Below are positions 10,395 through 19,699 of a DNA stretch of 64,000 bases, in pieces. The notes under the pieces are model-generated. The model was not told the DNA's origin. It did no database searches and saw only the letters and a list, made by a program, of their open reading frames with translations. Both the position numbers and the translations under genes were made by a program. Position 1 is the stretch's first letter. Every line of letters starts with the position of its first letter. The stretch is from Acidobacteriota bacterium (lineage in GTDB: Bacteria; Acidobacteriota; UBA890; WLXD01): positions 576,001 to 640,000 of the forward strand of contig CAXWPL010000005.1 in the NCBI GenBank assembly GCA_963666215.2. The letters are read 5' to 3'.

Positions 10395-11774
10395 GTGACC
10401 GACATCCCCGCCGCGCTCGCTCAGGGCCTCGAGCAGTCGCTCGGAGAGCGCTTCACAACCAAGACCGCGGTTCGCGACCACCACGCCACCGGCGAGGGCT
10501 GGTTCGAGCCAGCGCCGCCGGGCGCCGTCTGCTTTCCCGAAACCAATGACGAGGCGGCGCAGATCGCGCGGCTGTGCTCGGAGCACCGAGTGCCGATGAT
10601 TCCGTTCGGCGCGGGCACGTCGCTGGAGGGTCATGTGACGGCGCCACACGGTGGGGTGACGATCGACCTGACGCGCATGAACGCGATCCTCGAGATCAAC
10701 GCCGAAGACCTCGACTGCCGCGTGCAGGCCGGCGTGACCCGCACGCAGCTCGAGGAGCGCCTGCGCTTCGAGGGCCTGTTCTTTCCGGTCGACCCGGGGG
10801 CCGACGCCACCTTCGGCGGCATGGTCGGCACTGGCGCGTCCGGTACCACCACGGTGCGCTACGGCACGATGCGCGACAACGTGCTCGGCCTCACGGTGGT
10901 GCTCGCCGACGGCAGGACGATCCGCACCGGCGGCCGCGCCCGCAAGTCGTCGGCCGGCTACGACCTGACCCGCCTGCTCGTAGGCTCCGAAGGTACCCTG
11001 GGGCTCGTCACAGAGATCCAGATTCGTCTCTACGGAGTCCCCGAAGCTATCTCTGCCGCCGTCTGCCAGTACCCCACAGTCGCTGCCGCCACTCGGACAG
11101 TGATCGCGGCGATCCAGTCGGGGATCCCACTGGCGCGTTGCGAGCTGCTCGACGACGTGGGCATGGACTCGTGCATCCGCCACTCGAAGCTCGAGGGCTA
11201 CAGCGCGCTCCCCACCGTTTTCTACGAGTTCCACGGCTCCCCGACCGCGGTGCAAGAACAAACACAGCAGGTCGGTGAGATCTCTGACGCCGAGGGCGGC
11301 GGCGAGTTCCGTTGGGCCACGCTCACCGAGGAACGCAGCGCGCTGTGGAAGGCCCGCCACGACATCTATTTCGCCGGCCTCGCCCTCGCACCCGGCAAGC
11401 TCGGCATGGCCACCGACGTCTGCGTGCCCATCTCGACGCTCGCCGAGTGCATCGACGACACCAAGCGGGATGTTGTCGAAGCAGGTTTGGTGGCCCCGCT
11501 CGTCGGCCACATCGGCGACGGTAACTTCCACCTGCTGATCCTCTGCGACCCGGCGGATGATGACGAAGTGGCGCGAACCGAGCACGTGAACGTGCGGCTG
11601 GTGCGGCGAGCGCTGGCGCTCGGCGGCACATGCACCGGCGAGCACGGCATCGGCATCGGCAAGCGCGGCTACTTGGAGATGGAGCACGGTGAGGCGGTCG
11701 ACGTCATGCGACAGATCAAGCAGGCGCTCGATCCGCAAGGCATCATGAATCCTGGCAAGATCTTTCGCAGCTGA
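10395..11774 (+). CDS. FAD-linked oxidase, D-lactate dehydrogenase/GlcD-like
   Basis: PFGAGTSLEGH, FPVDPGADA, KSSAGYDL, GHIGDGNFH, TGEHGIG, NPGK. Probable GTG start at 10395. Confidence 0.9.
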   Translation: MTDIPAALAQGLEQSLGERFTTKTAVRDHHATGEGWFEPAPPGAVCFPETNDEAAQIARLCSEHRVPMIPFGAGTSLEGHVTAPHGGVTIDLTRMNAILEINAEDLDCRVQAGVTRTQLEERLRFEGLFFPVDPGADATFGGMVGTGASGTTTVRYGTMRDNVLGLTVVLADGRTIRTGGRARKSSAGYDLTRLLVGSEGTLGLVTEIQIRLYGVPEAISAAVCQYPTVAAATRTVIAAIQSGIPLARCELLDDVGMDSCIRHSKLEGYSALPTVFYEFHGSPTAVQEQTQQVGEISDAEGGGEFRWATLTEERSALWKARHDIYFAGLALAPGKLGMATDVCVPISTLAECIDDTKRDVVEAGLVAPLVGHIGDGNFHLLILCDPADDDEVARTEHVNVRLVRRALALGGTCTGEHGIGIGKRGYLEMEHGEAVDVMRQIKQALDPQGIMNPGKIFRS

Positions 11775-11805
11775 GCCAAGTCTGGCAAGACCCCGCGAGA
11801 AACCG

Positions 11806-13089
11806 ATGCCGCGACGGCGATCGATCTCGATCCTGACCCTTGTTGCCACGTTGCAACTCGCCTGCGGGGCGGGCGACGCCAACGCTCCCATCGCCGCCGC
11901 GCCCGAAGTCGTGGTCGAAACCGAAGGCACCACCACGCGGGTCAACAACGTCTCGGGCTCTGTCTGGGGAAACCGCGGCGCCCGTCTGGAGCAGGAGCTC
12001 TCGATCGGCGTCGAGGAGGGTGCCGACGCCTACATGTTCGGCGACATCAGCAGCGTGGCGATGGTCGGCGACGACATCCTGGTTCTCGATCAGCAGGCAG
12101 CCACGGTCCGCCGATATGGCCCCGACGGCCGCCACGTGGGGAACATCGGCCGCGAGGGCCAGGGGCCGAGTGAGTTCGACGAGCTTCAGACCATGGCCAC
12201 CGGCCCGGAGGGCCGCATCTACGTACGCGACGCCGGCCGCATCCACGTTTTCGACAGCGACGGCGAGCTGCTCGAGACTCTCTCGACGGCGACGGGGTTC
12301 TCGACCAGCACGCCCATCGTCGTCACCGACGATGGCACCGTGTACTACTCCGACCTGCTCAACCAGGGCGAGGACGTCAGCGACTGGAAGATGGGGCTGA
12401 TCGGAATCGCGCCGGACGGCTCGGTGGGTGACCCGATCGAAGGTCCGCAGCGAAAGGAGTCCCAACCGGAGGGTTTTGTCGAGCTGCGTCTCGAGGGCAT
12501 GATTTCGCGCAACGGGGTGCCGTTCTGGCCGTCCTCCTCGTGGCAGCTCACGTCGATGGGCGACACACTGTCGGGTTTCAACGCCACCTACGACTTCGTG
12601 ATCGAGCGTAGCGACGGATCGCGCCTCGAGATCTCGCGCTGGTGGGAGCCGATCGCCGTCGATCCGGATGAGGCGCTCTGGCGACGCCGCAACATCACGC
12701 GCAATTATCGCTCTCAGCACCCGACCTGGACGTGGAACGGCCCCGAGATTCCGTTGCAACGCCCGGCGTTCGATCAACTGCTGGCGGCGCGCGACGGGCG
12801 CATCTGGGTGGCGCGTGTCATCGCTGAGCCCGAGCGGCTCGTCGACTGCGACCCCAACCTGCTCGAGGTCGAGGAGGGACTCCGGGCGGAGAGCTGCTGG
12901 CGCACCCGCGACGGCTTCGACGTTTTCCGCGCCGACGGCCACTACCTGGGTGAGGTCGCGCTCCCCGAGGGGTTGAGGATGTATCCGTACCCCACGATCA
13001 ACGGGGACGTCCTCGTTGGGGTGGCGCAGGATGAACTCGGCACGGCCTACGTGCGTCGGTACAGGTTGGTCACCGAGGCCGAGAGCTAG
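11806..13089 (+). CDS. Lipoprotein with 6-bladed beta-propeller-like repeats
   Basis: Lipobox LQLAC, IGREGQGPSEF, repeated (D)GRI(Y/W)V and FD.DG motifs. Confidence 0.7.
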   Translation: MPRRRSISILTLVATLQLACGAGDANAPIAAAPEVVVETEGTTTRVNNVSGSVWGNRGARLEQELSIGVEEGADAYMFGDISSVAMVGDDILVLDQQAATVRRYGPDGRHVGNIGREGQGPSEFDELQTMATGPEGRIYVRDAGRIHVFDSDGELLETLSTATGFSTSTPIVVTDDGTVYYSDLLNQGEDVSDWKMGLIGIAPDGSVGDPIEGPQRKESQPEGFVELRLEGMISRNGVPFWPSSSWQLTSMGDTLSGFNATYDFVIERSDGSRLEISRWWEPIAVDPDEALWRRRNITRNYRSQHPTWTWNGPEIPLQRPAFDQLLAARDGRIWVARVIAEPERLVDCDPNLLEVEEGLRAESCWRTRDGFDVFRADGHYLGEVALPEGLRMYPYPTINGDVLVGVAQDELGTAYVRRYRLVTEAES

Positions 13090-13104
13090 GCTTCCCCGCC
13101 GGCG

Positions 13105-15888
13105 CTAGCGATCCGGCCGCAGCGAGAGCATCGGATCCACACGTGTGGCTCGGCGGGCCGGCACCCACACCGCCAGCATCGCCACCGAAAGCAGCAAGCT
13201 CGAAACCACGACAAGGGTCAGTGGGTCCGAGCTGCTGATGCCGAAAACCAGGCTGTCGAGGAAGCGCGCCAGATAGAGCGCGCCGGCCAGGCCGATCGCC
13301 ACGCCGCTGAGCGCGGTTGCCAGGCCCTGCCGCAAGACCAGACCGCGCACGCTCGCGGGCTCGGCGCCCAGCGCCAGGCGCACGCCGATCTCGTGCGTGC
13401 GGCAAACAACCGAGTAGGCCATGACGCCGTAGATGCCGATTGCGGTCAGGCCGAGTGCGGCCAGAGCGAAAATGCCGAGAAGCTGGGCAAGGAACCTGCG
13501 TGGACCCACGGAGTCGTCGAGAAGGCCCTGCAGCGTGGATATTCGCTCCAGCGGCAGCTCGGGATCGAGCTCGCCGACGATGTCGCGAACCGCCGGCACG
13601 ATGGCCATCGGGTCGCCCGCCACGCGTGCAACCAGGGTCATCTCCTGCATCGGCTTCTGAGAGTGAGGAAAGTACATCGCGATCGCCGAGCCCCGCTCGA
13701 GGCCGCGGAACTTGACGTCCGCCACAACACCGACGATCTCGAACTCCGATGGGTACTCGTCGCCGAACCAGCTTTCGTGCCAGAGCGCCACGCCAATGGG
13801 ATCCGTGTTCGGAGCGTCCCGAAACAGTGCGTTGGCGAAGGCCTCATTGATGATCACGGCTCCTGAGCCCGAGCTGCCGTCGGCCGGGGTGAACGTGCGG
13901 CCGCGTGTGAGCTCAATGCCGACGCTCTCGAAGTAGCCCGGAGTCACAGGCCGAAAATTTGCCTCCGGCCCAGCGCCAGGGGGGAAAGGATCGCGGTCGC
14001 CGAGCTCGAAGCTGGTTGTCCAGCCCGGATTCACCGGATGGCTGTAGGCGGCGCTGGCGACGGCTACGCCGGGCAGGCCTCGGACTCGCTCGGTGAGCCG
14101 CTCATAAAACTCGACAACAGCCGAAGGTTCGGGATACCGCGGTAGTGGCAACCCCAGATCGACGGTGAGCACACCCTCGCTGGCGTAACCGGGCTCGACA
14201 CTCGCAACCCGCCAAAAACTATTCACCAGCAACCCGGCCCCAACCACCAGGACGAGCGCGAGCGCCACCTCTGCCACCACCAGGAGGGTTCGCAGGCGAC
14301 GCGTGCGCGCGGCCCCGGTAGAGGCCCGCCCTTGGCCACGCAGACGGTCTGCCACATCGACGCGAGAGAGCTTCAGCGCTGGCAGCAGGCCGAAGAGGCC
14401 GCCGGTAAGCAACGAGATCATGAGTAGAAACGCGAGCGTGGTGAGGTCGACACGAGCTTCGATCAATCGCGGCACGTCGCTCCCAGCGGCAGCGACGATC
14501 GCGCGCAGCGCAACAACCGAAAGCAACGCGCCGGCCGCCCCTCCCACCAACGCCAAGATCGTGCTCTCGAGTACGAGCTGGCGGATCAGCCGCCCACGGC
14601 CCGCGCCGATCGCCGCCCGAATGGAAAGCTCCTGATCGCGATCCGCTCCTCGAACCAGAAGCAGGTTGGCGAAGTTCGCGCAAGCAATCAGCAGAACAAA
14701 GCCCACGGCGCCGAACAACAGGAGCAGAACGGGCCGCACCTCGCCGAAGAGATAGGTGTACACGGGCATGACCCAGGCGTCGCGGTCGGAGTTGAACCGC
14801 GGGTACTCGACGGCAAGCTGCCCCGCGATCGACGAGACGTCCTGTTGCGCGAGCTCCTCCGTGATCTCCCCACGCAGCCGACCCATCATCCGCATGCCGT
14901 GCATGCCGCGCGACGGAGATTCCCCGTCGGAGGTCAACTGGCGCGTCAGGCTCACCCAGATCTCGACGTCCTCGGGAAACCGGAAACCGTCCGGCATCAC
15001 GCCGACAACAGTGTGCGGCACGCCGTCAACGCGAATCTGGGCACCGACAACACCTGGATCACTGCCGTAGCGGCTGCGCCAAATTGCGCTCCCCAGCATC
15101 ACCACAGGCTCGCCGTCGGCGACGTCCTCGGCAAGCAGGATGACGCGCCCGCGTTTCGCCTCGACGCCGATCAGCTCGAACAGATTGGCCGTGACGTAGC
15201 CGATCTTGACCCGCTGCGGCTCCGCCGCATCACCTGTGAGATGGCCGCCCAGCGAGCGCCAAAGTGCGATGTCCTCGAACGACTCGTTGCGCTCCAGGAA
15301 GTCGAGGTAATCGGGAAACGACGCCCACGCGGCTCCTGCGCCGGTGGTCGCGTCGCGACCCCAGATCATCATCAGGCCTGCCGGATCGTGCAGCGTCAGC
15401 GGCCGCAGCAGCACCGTGTTGACGACGCTGAAAATCGTCGTGTTGGCGCCAATGCCGATCGCCAATGTGAGAGCGGCGATGAGTGTGAAGGCTGGTCGTT
15501 TGATCAACGAGCGTACCGAGTATCGGAGTTCCTGAAGCATGGCGTCGAAGCTCCAACTCCGCGTCCACGTGGACGCGGCATGGGGAAGAGTTCCTAGGGT
15601 GCGCAGCAGGAGCGCGATGGCCGTGTTGGCGTTCCATGCCGACATCGAGGAGAGCGCGGCTCGGCGATGCCACAGCTCCGCCAGCCACTCCTCGCGCCAC
15701 TCCTGCCGTCGCTGAGGGCGAGCCAGCCAAGCCGCCAGCCGAACCGCCCGCGTCGCCGCTGCGTAGATCAGCTCCGCCGATCCTGAGGGACCCCGGTGGG
15801 ATGCCGCCACGCCCGCGCCGGTGAGCTGCGGCTCGTGCTCAGGCGGCGGCGCTCCCATCCCGTCCTGCCGCGTCACGAACCCTGTCAT
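13105..15888 (-). CDS. Duplicated ABC permease (ADOP-type, two MacB/FtsX units)
   Basis: LAIGIGANTTIFSVVN.VLLRPL, LLIACANFANLLL, RTHEIGVRLALGA, PARRATRVDPM. ATGA overlap with padR. Confidence 0.9.
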   Translation of the reverse strand: MTGFVTRQDGMGAPPPEHEPQLTGAGVAASHRGPSGSAELIYAAATRAVRLAAWLARPQRRQEWREEWLAELWHRRAALSSMSAWNANTAIALLLRTLGTLPHAASTWTRSWSFDAMLQELRYSVRSLIKRPAFTLIAALTLAIGIGANTTIFSVVNTVLLRPLTLHDPAGLMMIWGRDATTGAGAAWASFPDYLDFLERNESFEDIALWRSLGGHLTGDAAEPQRVKIGYVTANLFELIGVEAKRGRVILLAEDVADGEPVVMLGSAIWRSRYGSDPGVVGAQIRVDGVPHTVVGVMPDGFRFPEDVEIWVSLTRQLTSDGESPSRGMHGMRMMGRLRGEITEELAQQDVSSIAGQLAVEYPRFNSDRDAWVMPVYTYLFGEVRPVLLLLFGAVGFVLLIACANFANLLLVRGADRDQELSIRAAIGAGRGRLIRQLVLESTILALVGGAAGALLSVVALRAIVAAAGSDVPRLIEARVDLTTLAFLLMISLLTGGLFGLLPALKLSRVDVADRLRGQGRASTGAARTRRLRTLLVVAEVALALVLVVGAGLLVNSFWRVASVEPGYASEGVLTVDLGLPLPRYPEPSAVVEFYERLTERVRGLPGVAVASAAYSHPVNPGWTTSFELGDRDPFPPGAGPEANFRPVTPGYFESVGIELTRGRTFTPADGSSGSGAVIINEAFANALFRDAPNTDPIGVALWHESWFGDEYPSEFEIVGVVADVKFRGLERGSAIAMYFPHSQKPMQEMTLVARVAGDPMAIVPAVRDIVGELDPELPLERISTLQGLLDDSVGPRRFLAQLLGIFALAALGLTAIGIYGVMAYSVVCRTHEIGVRLALGAEPASVRGLVLRQGLATALSGVAIGLAGALYLARFLDSLVFGISSSDPLTLVVVSSLLLSVAMLAVWVPARRATRVDPMLSLRPDR

Positions 15889-16265
15889 CGGGAAGCATCC
15901 GCAGGCTCCAGAGCCGCCGCCAGGCCGTCGGCAGTGCCGTCGTCGTCGGTGGATGCGACCGTCGATGGCGAGAGGCCCAACTTAGCGAGCGCCTGGTGCA
16001 TCGCCGTCCGTCCCCGAGGGGTCAAGACGTAGTAGCGCCGCCGTGGCCGGCCGGCGTCGCCGGCATCGTCGACCGACTCCCAACTCGATGCGACGTAGCC
16101 ATCCCGTTCGAGCCGACCCAGGCAGGGGTAGACCGTGCCACTGGCCAAACCGGTGACATCCATCAGGTCGAAGCCGTAGCGGCTACCGTTCTCGAGCGCG
16201 CGCAGCAGCTGCAACGTTGTCACCCCCAGACGGCGTCGCCTTCCGAGACTTGCCATCGTGCCCAT
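15885..16265 (-). CDS. PadR-family transcriptional regulator
   Basis: YGFDLM..TGL.SGTVYP.L.RLE..G...S.WE...GRPRRRYY.LT..G. GGAGGA RBS before ATG 16265. Confidence 0.9.
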   Translation of the reverse strand: MGTMASLGRRRRLGVTTLQLLRALENGSRYGFDLMDVTGLASGTVYPCLGRLERDGYVASSWESVDDAGDAGRPRRRYYVLTPRGRTAMHQALAKLGLSPSTVASTDDDGTADGLAAALEPADASR

Positions 16266-16330
16266 CCCCGTCCTCCGTCGGCCAGATTCTGACGAGCACG
16301 AGCGCGTCCTGACGACGATCTCGCCTCGGT

Positions 16331-16363
16331 TATGTAGCACTAACTATGTAGCACTAACTACAT
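16331..16363. promoter_or_regulatory. Candidate PadR operator: 14-bp tandem repeat plus palindrome
   Basis: TATGTAGCACTAAC x2 followed by TACAT, containing ATGTAG-N6-CTACAT. AT-rich island directly upstream of padR. Confidence 0.65.
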
Positions 16364-16407
16364 GCGCGCAAGTACCCTCGCCGCCACACTTTCGTCACCG
16401 GCTTCAA

Positions 16408-16472
16408 CAGCTGCTAGCGCTGCGCCAGTACGCTCGCGATCAGTTTCAACTCAGCTGCTAGCGCTGCGCCAG
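16408..16472. repeat. 21-bp direct repeat duplicating the 3' end of the M20 peptidase gene
   Basis: CAGCTGCTAGCGCTGCGCCAG at 16408-16428 and 16452-16472. Confidence 0.85.
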
Positions 16473-17819
16473 CGCGATCGCCAGCAGCACCGCGCGCTGT
16501 GTGCCGAGATGGGAATCGGTGGTGTCGAACGACTCGCCGAGCGAGTGCGCCCCCATTCCAACCCCGCCGCCGCCGATCGTGATCGACGGAACGCCACGGC
16601 TCATGCCGATGTTCGAGTCGGTTGAGCCGGCGCCTAGCTCGCTTTCCAGACCGAGCGCATCGGCCACCGAGACGGCGGCCAGCACGATTGGCGACGACTC
16701 CTCGGTGCTGCCGGCCGGCCGGTCGCCGACCAGAGTCGGCTCGAGCGAGATCTTGCCGTTGTCGTGCCAGCGGGCGTTCTCCTCGTCGAGCGCCTCCTGC
16801 AACGCCGCCAGGAACTGCTCCTCGAGACGCGCCAGCGGCTCCGGCTTCACCGATCGCATGTCGACCTCCATCCAAGACTCGAAGGCGATCGAGTTGATCG
16901 ACGTGCCACCGCCAATGCGGCCAACGTTGAAGGTCGTCTTGGGATCGGTCGGCACCTGAAATTCCGAGATCTTTGCAATCGACCGGCCCAGCGCGTGGGT
17001 CGGATTCGCCAGGCCGAAGGCGCCGAAGCTGTGGCCACCGGGACCGGTGTAGGCGATCCGGTAGCGTCGCGATCCGACGCCAATGTGGGTCACGTCCAGG
17101 CCGGTGCCGTCGATTGAAACGAACCGATCGATCGGCGCGGCAAGCTCGGTGCTCTGCGTCTCGAACAGATGCTTGACGCCGCGCAGATCGCCCAACCCCT
17201 CTTCGCCCACCGTGCCGACAAACGTGATCATTCCCGGAACTTCGACCTCGGCCGCTGCCATCGCTCGCACCACACCTAGCAACACCGCCAGGCCGCGGCA
17301 GTCGTCTGCAATGCCAGGGCCTTTCAGCACGCTGCCGTCGCGGCTGACGGTGACGTCGGTCTCAGGCGGAAAGACGGTGTCGAGGTGGGCGCTGAACACC
17401 AGGTGGGGGCGCGCAGCGGCACCCGCCCGCTCGCCCAGAACATTACCGACGGCGTCGATGCGGACATTTGCCAGACCCAACTCCCGCAACGACTCGGCGT
17501 AGGCCGCCGCCCGCTCTTCCTCACCGAACGGCGGTGCCGGGATCTCGCACAGGCGGATCTGCTGTTCGACCACCCAGGTTTCTTCATCGCCTGCGAACTG
17601 CACGGCCGAACGCACCGCCGGTGCCGCCATCAGGCGGTCCCCGATCTCGGGCGCCCCTTCCTGTGCCATGGCCGTTCCTGCCGCCCCGGCCACACCCGCC
17701 ACCACAATCGCGACCATCGCGGCCGTCCGCGCCAACGGGGCCGCGGTCGTGAAGGTCGTTTCTACCGTGGAGCCGACCACGAACGGCGCCCCACCTCGGG
17801 TCCGCCGGCGCACAATCAC
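16458..17819 (-). CDS. M20/M25/M40 family metallo-hydrolase (secreted)
   Basis: SAHLDTVFP, GPGIADD, VGEEGLG, GGHSFG, GSTDSN, AHSLGE. GTGA overlap with the cupin stop. Confidence 0.88.
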   Translation of the reverse strand: MIVRRRTRGGAPFVVGSTVETTFTTAAPLARTAAMVAIVVAGVAGAAGTAMAQEGAPEIGDRLMAAPAVRSAVQFAGDEETWVVEQQIRLCEIPAPPFGEEERAAAYAESLRELGLANVRIDAVGNVLGERAGAAARPHLVFSAHLDTVFPPETDVTVSRDGSVLKGPGIADDCRGLAVLLGVVRAMAAAEVEVPGMITFVGTVGEEGLGDLRGVKHLFETQSTELAAPIDRFVSIDGTGLDVTHIGVGSRRYRIAYTGPGGHSFGAFGLANPTHALGRSIAKISEFQVPTDPKTTFNVGRIGGGTSINSIAFESWMEVDMRSVKPEPLARLEEQFLAALQEALDEENARWHDNGKISLEPTLVGDRPAGSTEESSPIVLAAVSVADALGLESELGAGSTDSNIGMSRGVPSITIGGGGVGMGAHSLGESFDTTDSHLGTQRAVLLAIALAQR

Positions 17820-18319
17820 TCCTCCTCCTTGTCGGACTCGCCTTCCCAGTAGTCAACCCCGTCGTTGCGCAGAATCTGACGGAAGGCCGGCTGGCCCTGG
17901 CCGGGCATCGCACCGCAAAGAACGCCGACCTTGTCGGAGTCGGGGTACTGCGCCACTTCCGGCGACTGCATGGTGCTGATCGCCAGGTACTTGAGCTCGG
18001 CGTCGGAGCTGTTGGTGATCTGCTGCGCCCCCTCGGCCCCGGTCGGGCAACAGATCACGTCGCCTTTGCGCAACGGATGCTCTTCTCCATTGAGCCGCAG
18101 CGTCCCCTCCCCTTCTAGAACAACGAACATCTCCTCGTTCGCGTGGTGCAGGTGATAGGGCCAGGCACACTTGCCGGGCGCCAACCGGACGACGTTGTAG
18201 CCGAGCTTCCGCGCGCCCATCTGCGGCGACATCGACCCGAGCTCGGCCTGGTACCGACCACCCGCGCCCCAATCTCTGTACTCCACGTCGTCGACGTTCA
18301 TCACCGGCTTGCCTGGCAT
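17816..18319 (-). CDS. Cupin-domain protein
   Basis: PYHLHHANEEMFVVLEGEG, YPDSDK, DYWEGE. Confidence 0.85.
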   Translation of the reverse strand: MPGKPVMNVDDVEYRDWGAGGRYQAELGSMSPQMGARKLGYNVVRLAPGKCAWPYHLHHANEEMFVVLEGEGTLRLNGEEHPLRKGDVICCPTGAEGAQQITNSSDAELKYLAISTMQSPEVAQYPDSDKVGVLCGAMPGQGQPAFRQILRNDGVDYWEGESDKEEE

Positions 18320-18611
18320 TTCCTACTCTCCTTGCCCGTGGCCGGGCGTCCTCTTCGTCCTCTTCGAGATCGGTTCACATCGTCACTGGCGCCGCCAGGC
18401 CGGCTGGCCGGCTGGCCACCGTGGCGCCACTTACTCAATCGCGGCACGGAGCTTAACCCACCCCCGGACCACCGAGCCGGGACGTCGAACGGGCGGAACA
18501 CACGACACCACAGCCTCGGGACCCATACCTCGACACCCCCCCAAGTGAGTAACGTGGTGGCCGTTCAAGCCGGCGACTGGGGAGACCGGCAGATAACACA
18601 AGGAGGATACC

Positions 18612-19061
18612 CTGCGGTATCGAAGAATCATCGCGTCCCTCGTTCTCGCGGGGGTCATCTTGCTACCGGCCGGCTTGGCTTACGCGCAAGATCCGGGAAG
18701 CAACGTCTACGAAGTCGAGGTCACGCGATCGGACGACGTTGTCTTCACCGACTGCTTCCGATTCGGCAATAACCCAGTCAACCCGCCGGACAACCCGGTA
18801 AGAGATTTCACCGTCGACGGGCTCGGGGACGGCTTCTGGGGATTCCCCGGTATCACCGTCCAGAACAAGTCGAAGGCTTGGCAGGCCGCGGTGAACAGCG
18901 ACCCGGCGGTCGGCTACTCCGGCAAGGTCAGCAACGACGACCAGACGATCCGCGGCGATGCGATCAACAACGACATCCCGCACCTGACGTTCGTTTTCGA
19001 AGGCGTGCGCAACAACAAGTGCGCGGTGGCGCGCGAAACAACCGTGTTCTGGACCCAATGA
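18612..19061 (+). CDS. Small secreted two-Cys protein (acidic paralogue), apparent CTG start
   Basis: AGGAGG at 18601-18606, CTG at 18612, in-frame TAA at 18594. Signal peptide RYRRIIASLVLAGVILLPAGLAYA-Q. Confidence 0.7.
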   Translation: MRYRRIIASLVLAGVILLPAGLAYAQDPGSNVYEVEVTRSDDVVFTDCFRFGNNPVNPPDNPVRDFTVDGLGDGFWGFPGITVQNKSKAWQAAVNSDPAVGYSGKVSNDDQTIRGDAINNDIPHLTFVFEGVRNNKCAVARETTVFWTQ

Positions 19062-19081
19062 GAGCGCGCGAGGAGAGCGTC

Positions 19082-19585
19082 ATGAGGAACAGCAACGCGC
19101 AGCGTCACGCCCAACCGTCTCGTCGGCCGACACCTCCGATGGCTACCAAGCGCGCGGCCATCTGCCTGAGCGCAGCGGTCTGTCTCGTGCTAGTCGGCGG
19201 GATCGCCGGCTTCGACGAGACCGAGTCGGCGAACCCGAGGCCCGCCGGCAAGGTCTACAACGCCCGCTTTGGCCGCTCGTTCGGGACCCCTTTCTCCGCC
19301 TGCGTGCGCTTCGCACGCGAGCCCGGGACCGCCAATGTCCAGTCACTCGGCGACATGTCATGGGACTACCGGGCCAACGGCAAGTGGCAGATCATGGAAC
19401 GGTCCCCCGGCAACGGCGGCATCGGGCTGAACATCCACTTCTGGGGTAAGGCAAACGACAACCGCATCAAGGGCCACGCTATCGGCGGAACCCAGGGCAC
19501 CAAGTTCAAGTTCCGTGGCAGGCAGTCCAACAACTGCCGGCCGGCACCCGTGAACCGTGGCAACCCATGGAAAGCTCCTCAGTAG
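19082..19585 (+). CDS. Small secreted two-Cys protein (basic paralogue)
   Basis: GAGGAG RBS and hydrophobic signal. Shares VY..RS..F..C.RF, LGD..W, WQ, GK..D..I.G.AI and F.F.G..N.C with the upstream gene. Confidence 0.72.
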   Translation: MRNSNAQRHAQPSRRPTPPMATKRAAICLSAAVCLVLVGGIAGFDETESANPRPAGKVYNARFGRSFGTPFSACVRFAREPGTANVQSLGDMSWDYRANGKWQIMERSPGNGGIGLNIHFWGKANDNRIKGHAIGGTQGTKFKFRGRQSNNCRPAPVNRGNPWKAPQ

Positions 19586-19699
19586 CGGAACTGCAGCGCC
19601 ACAAGCAACCAGCACGACATCCGTAGGGTCGACGCCAGGGCCGGTTGCGAGGTCAACTTCGTGGCCGGCCTCACGCGCGCCCGTCGTGTCCCGAGACCT

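Noticed and set aside
18425-18562. Inverted motif CCAC(G)TTACTCA / TGAGTAACGTGG about 110 bp apart in a divergent promoter, considered as an invertible switch
   Set aside because: The match is short and imperfect and no recombinase is adjacent. At most a transcription-factor site.
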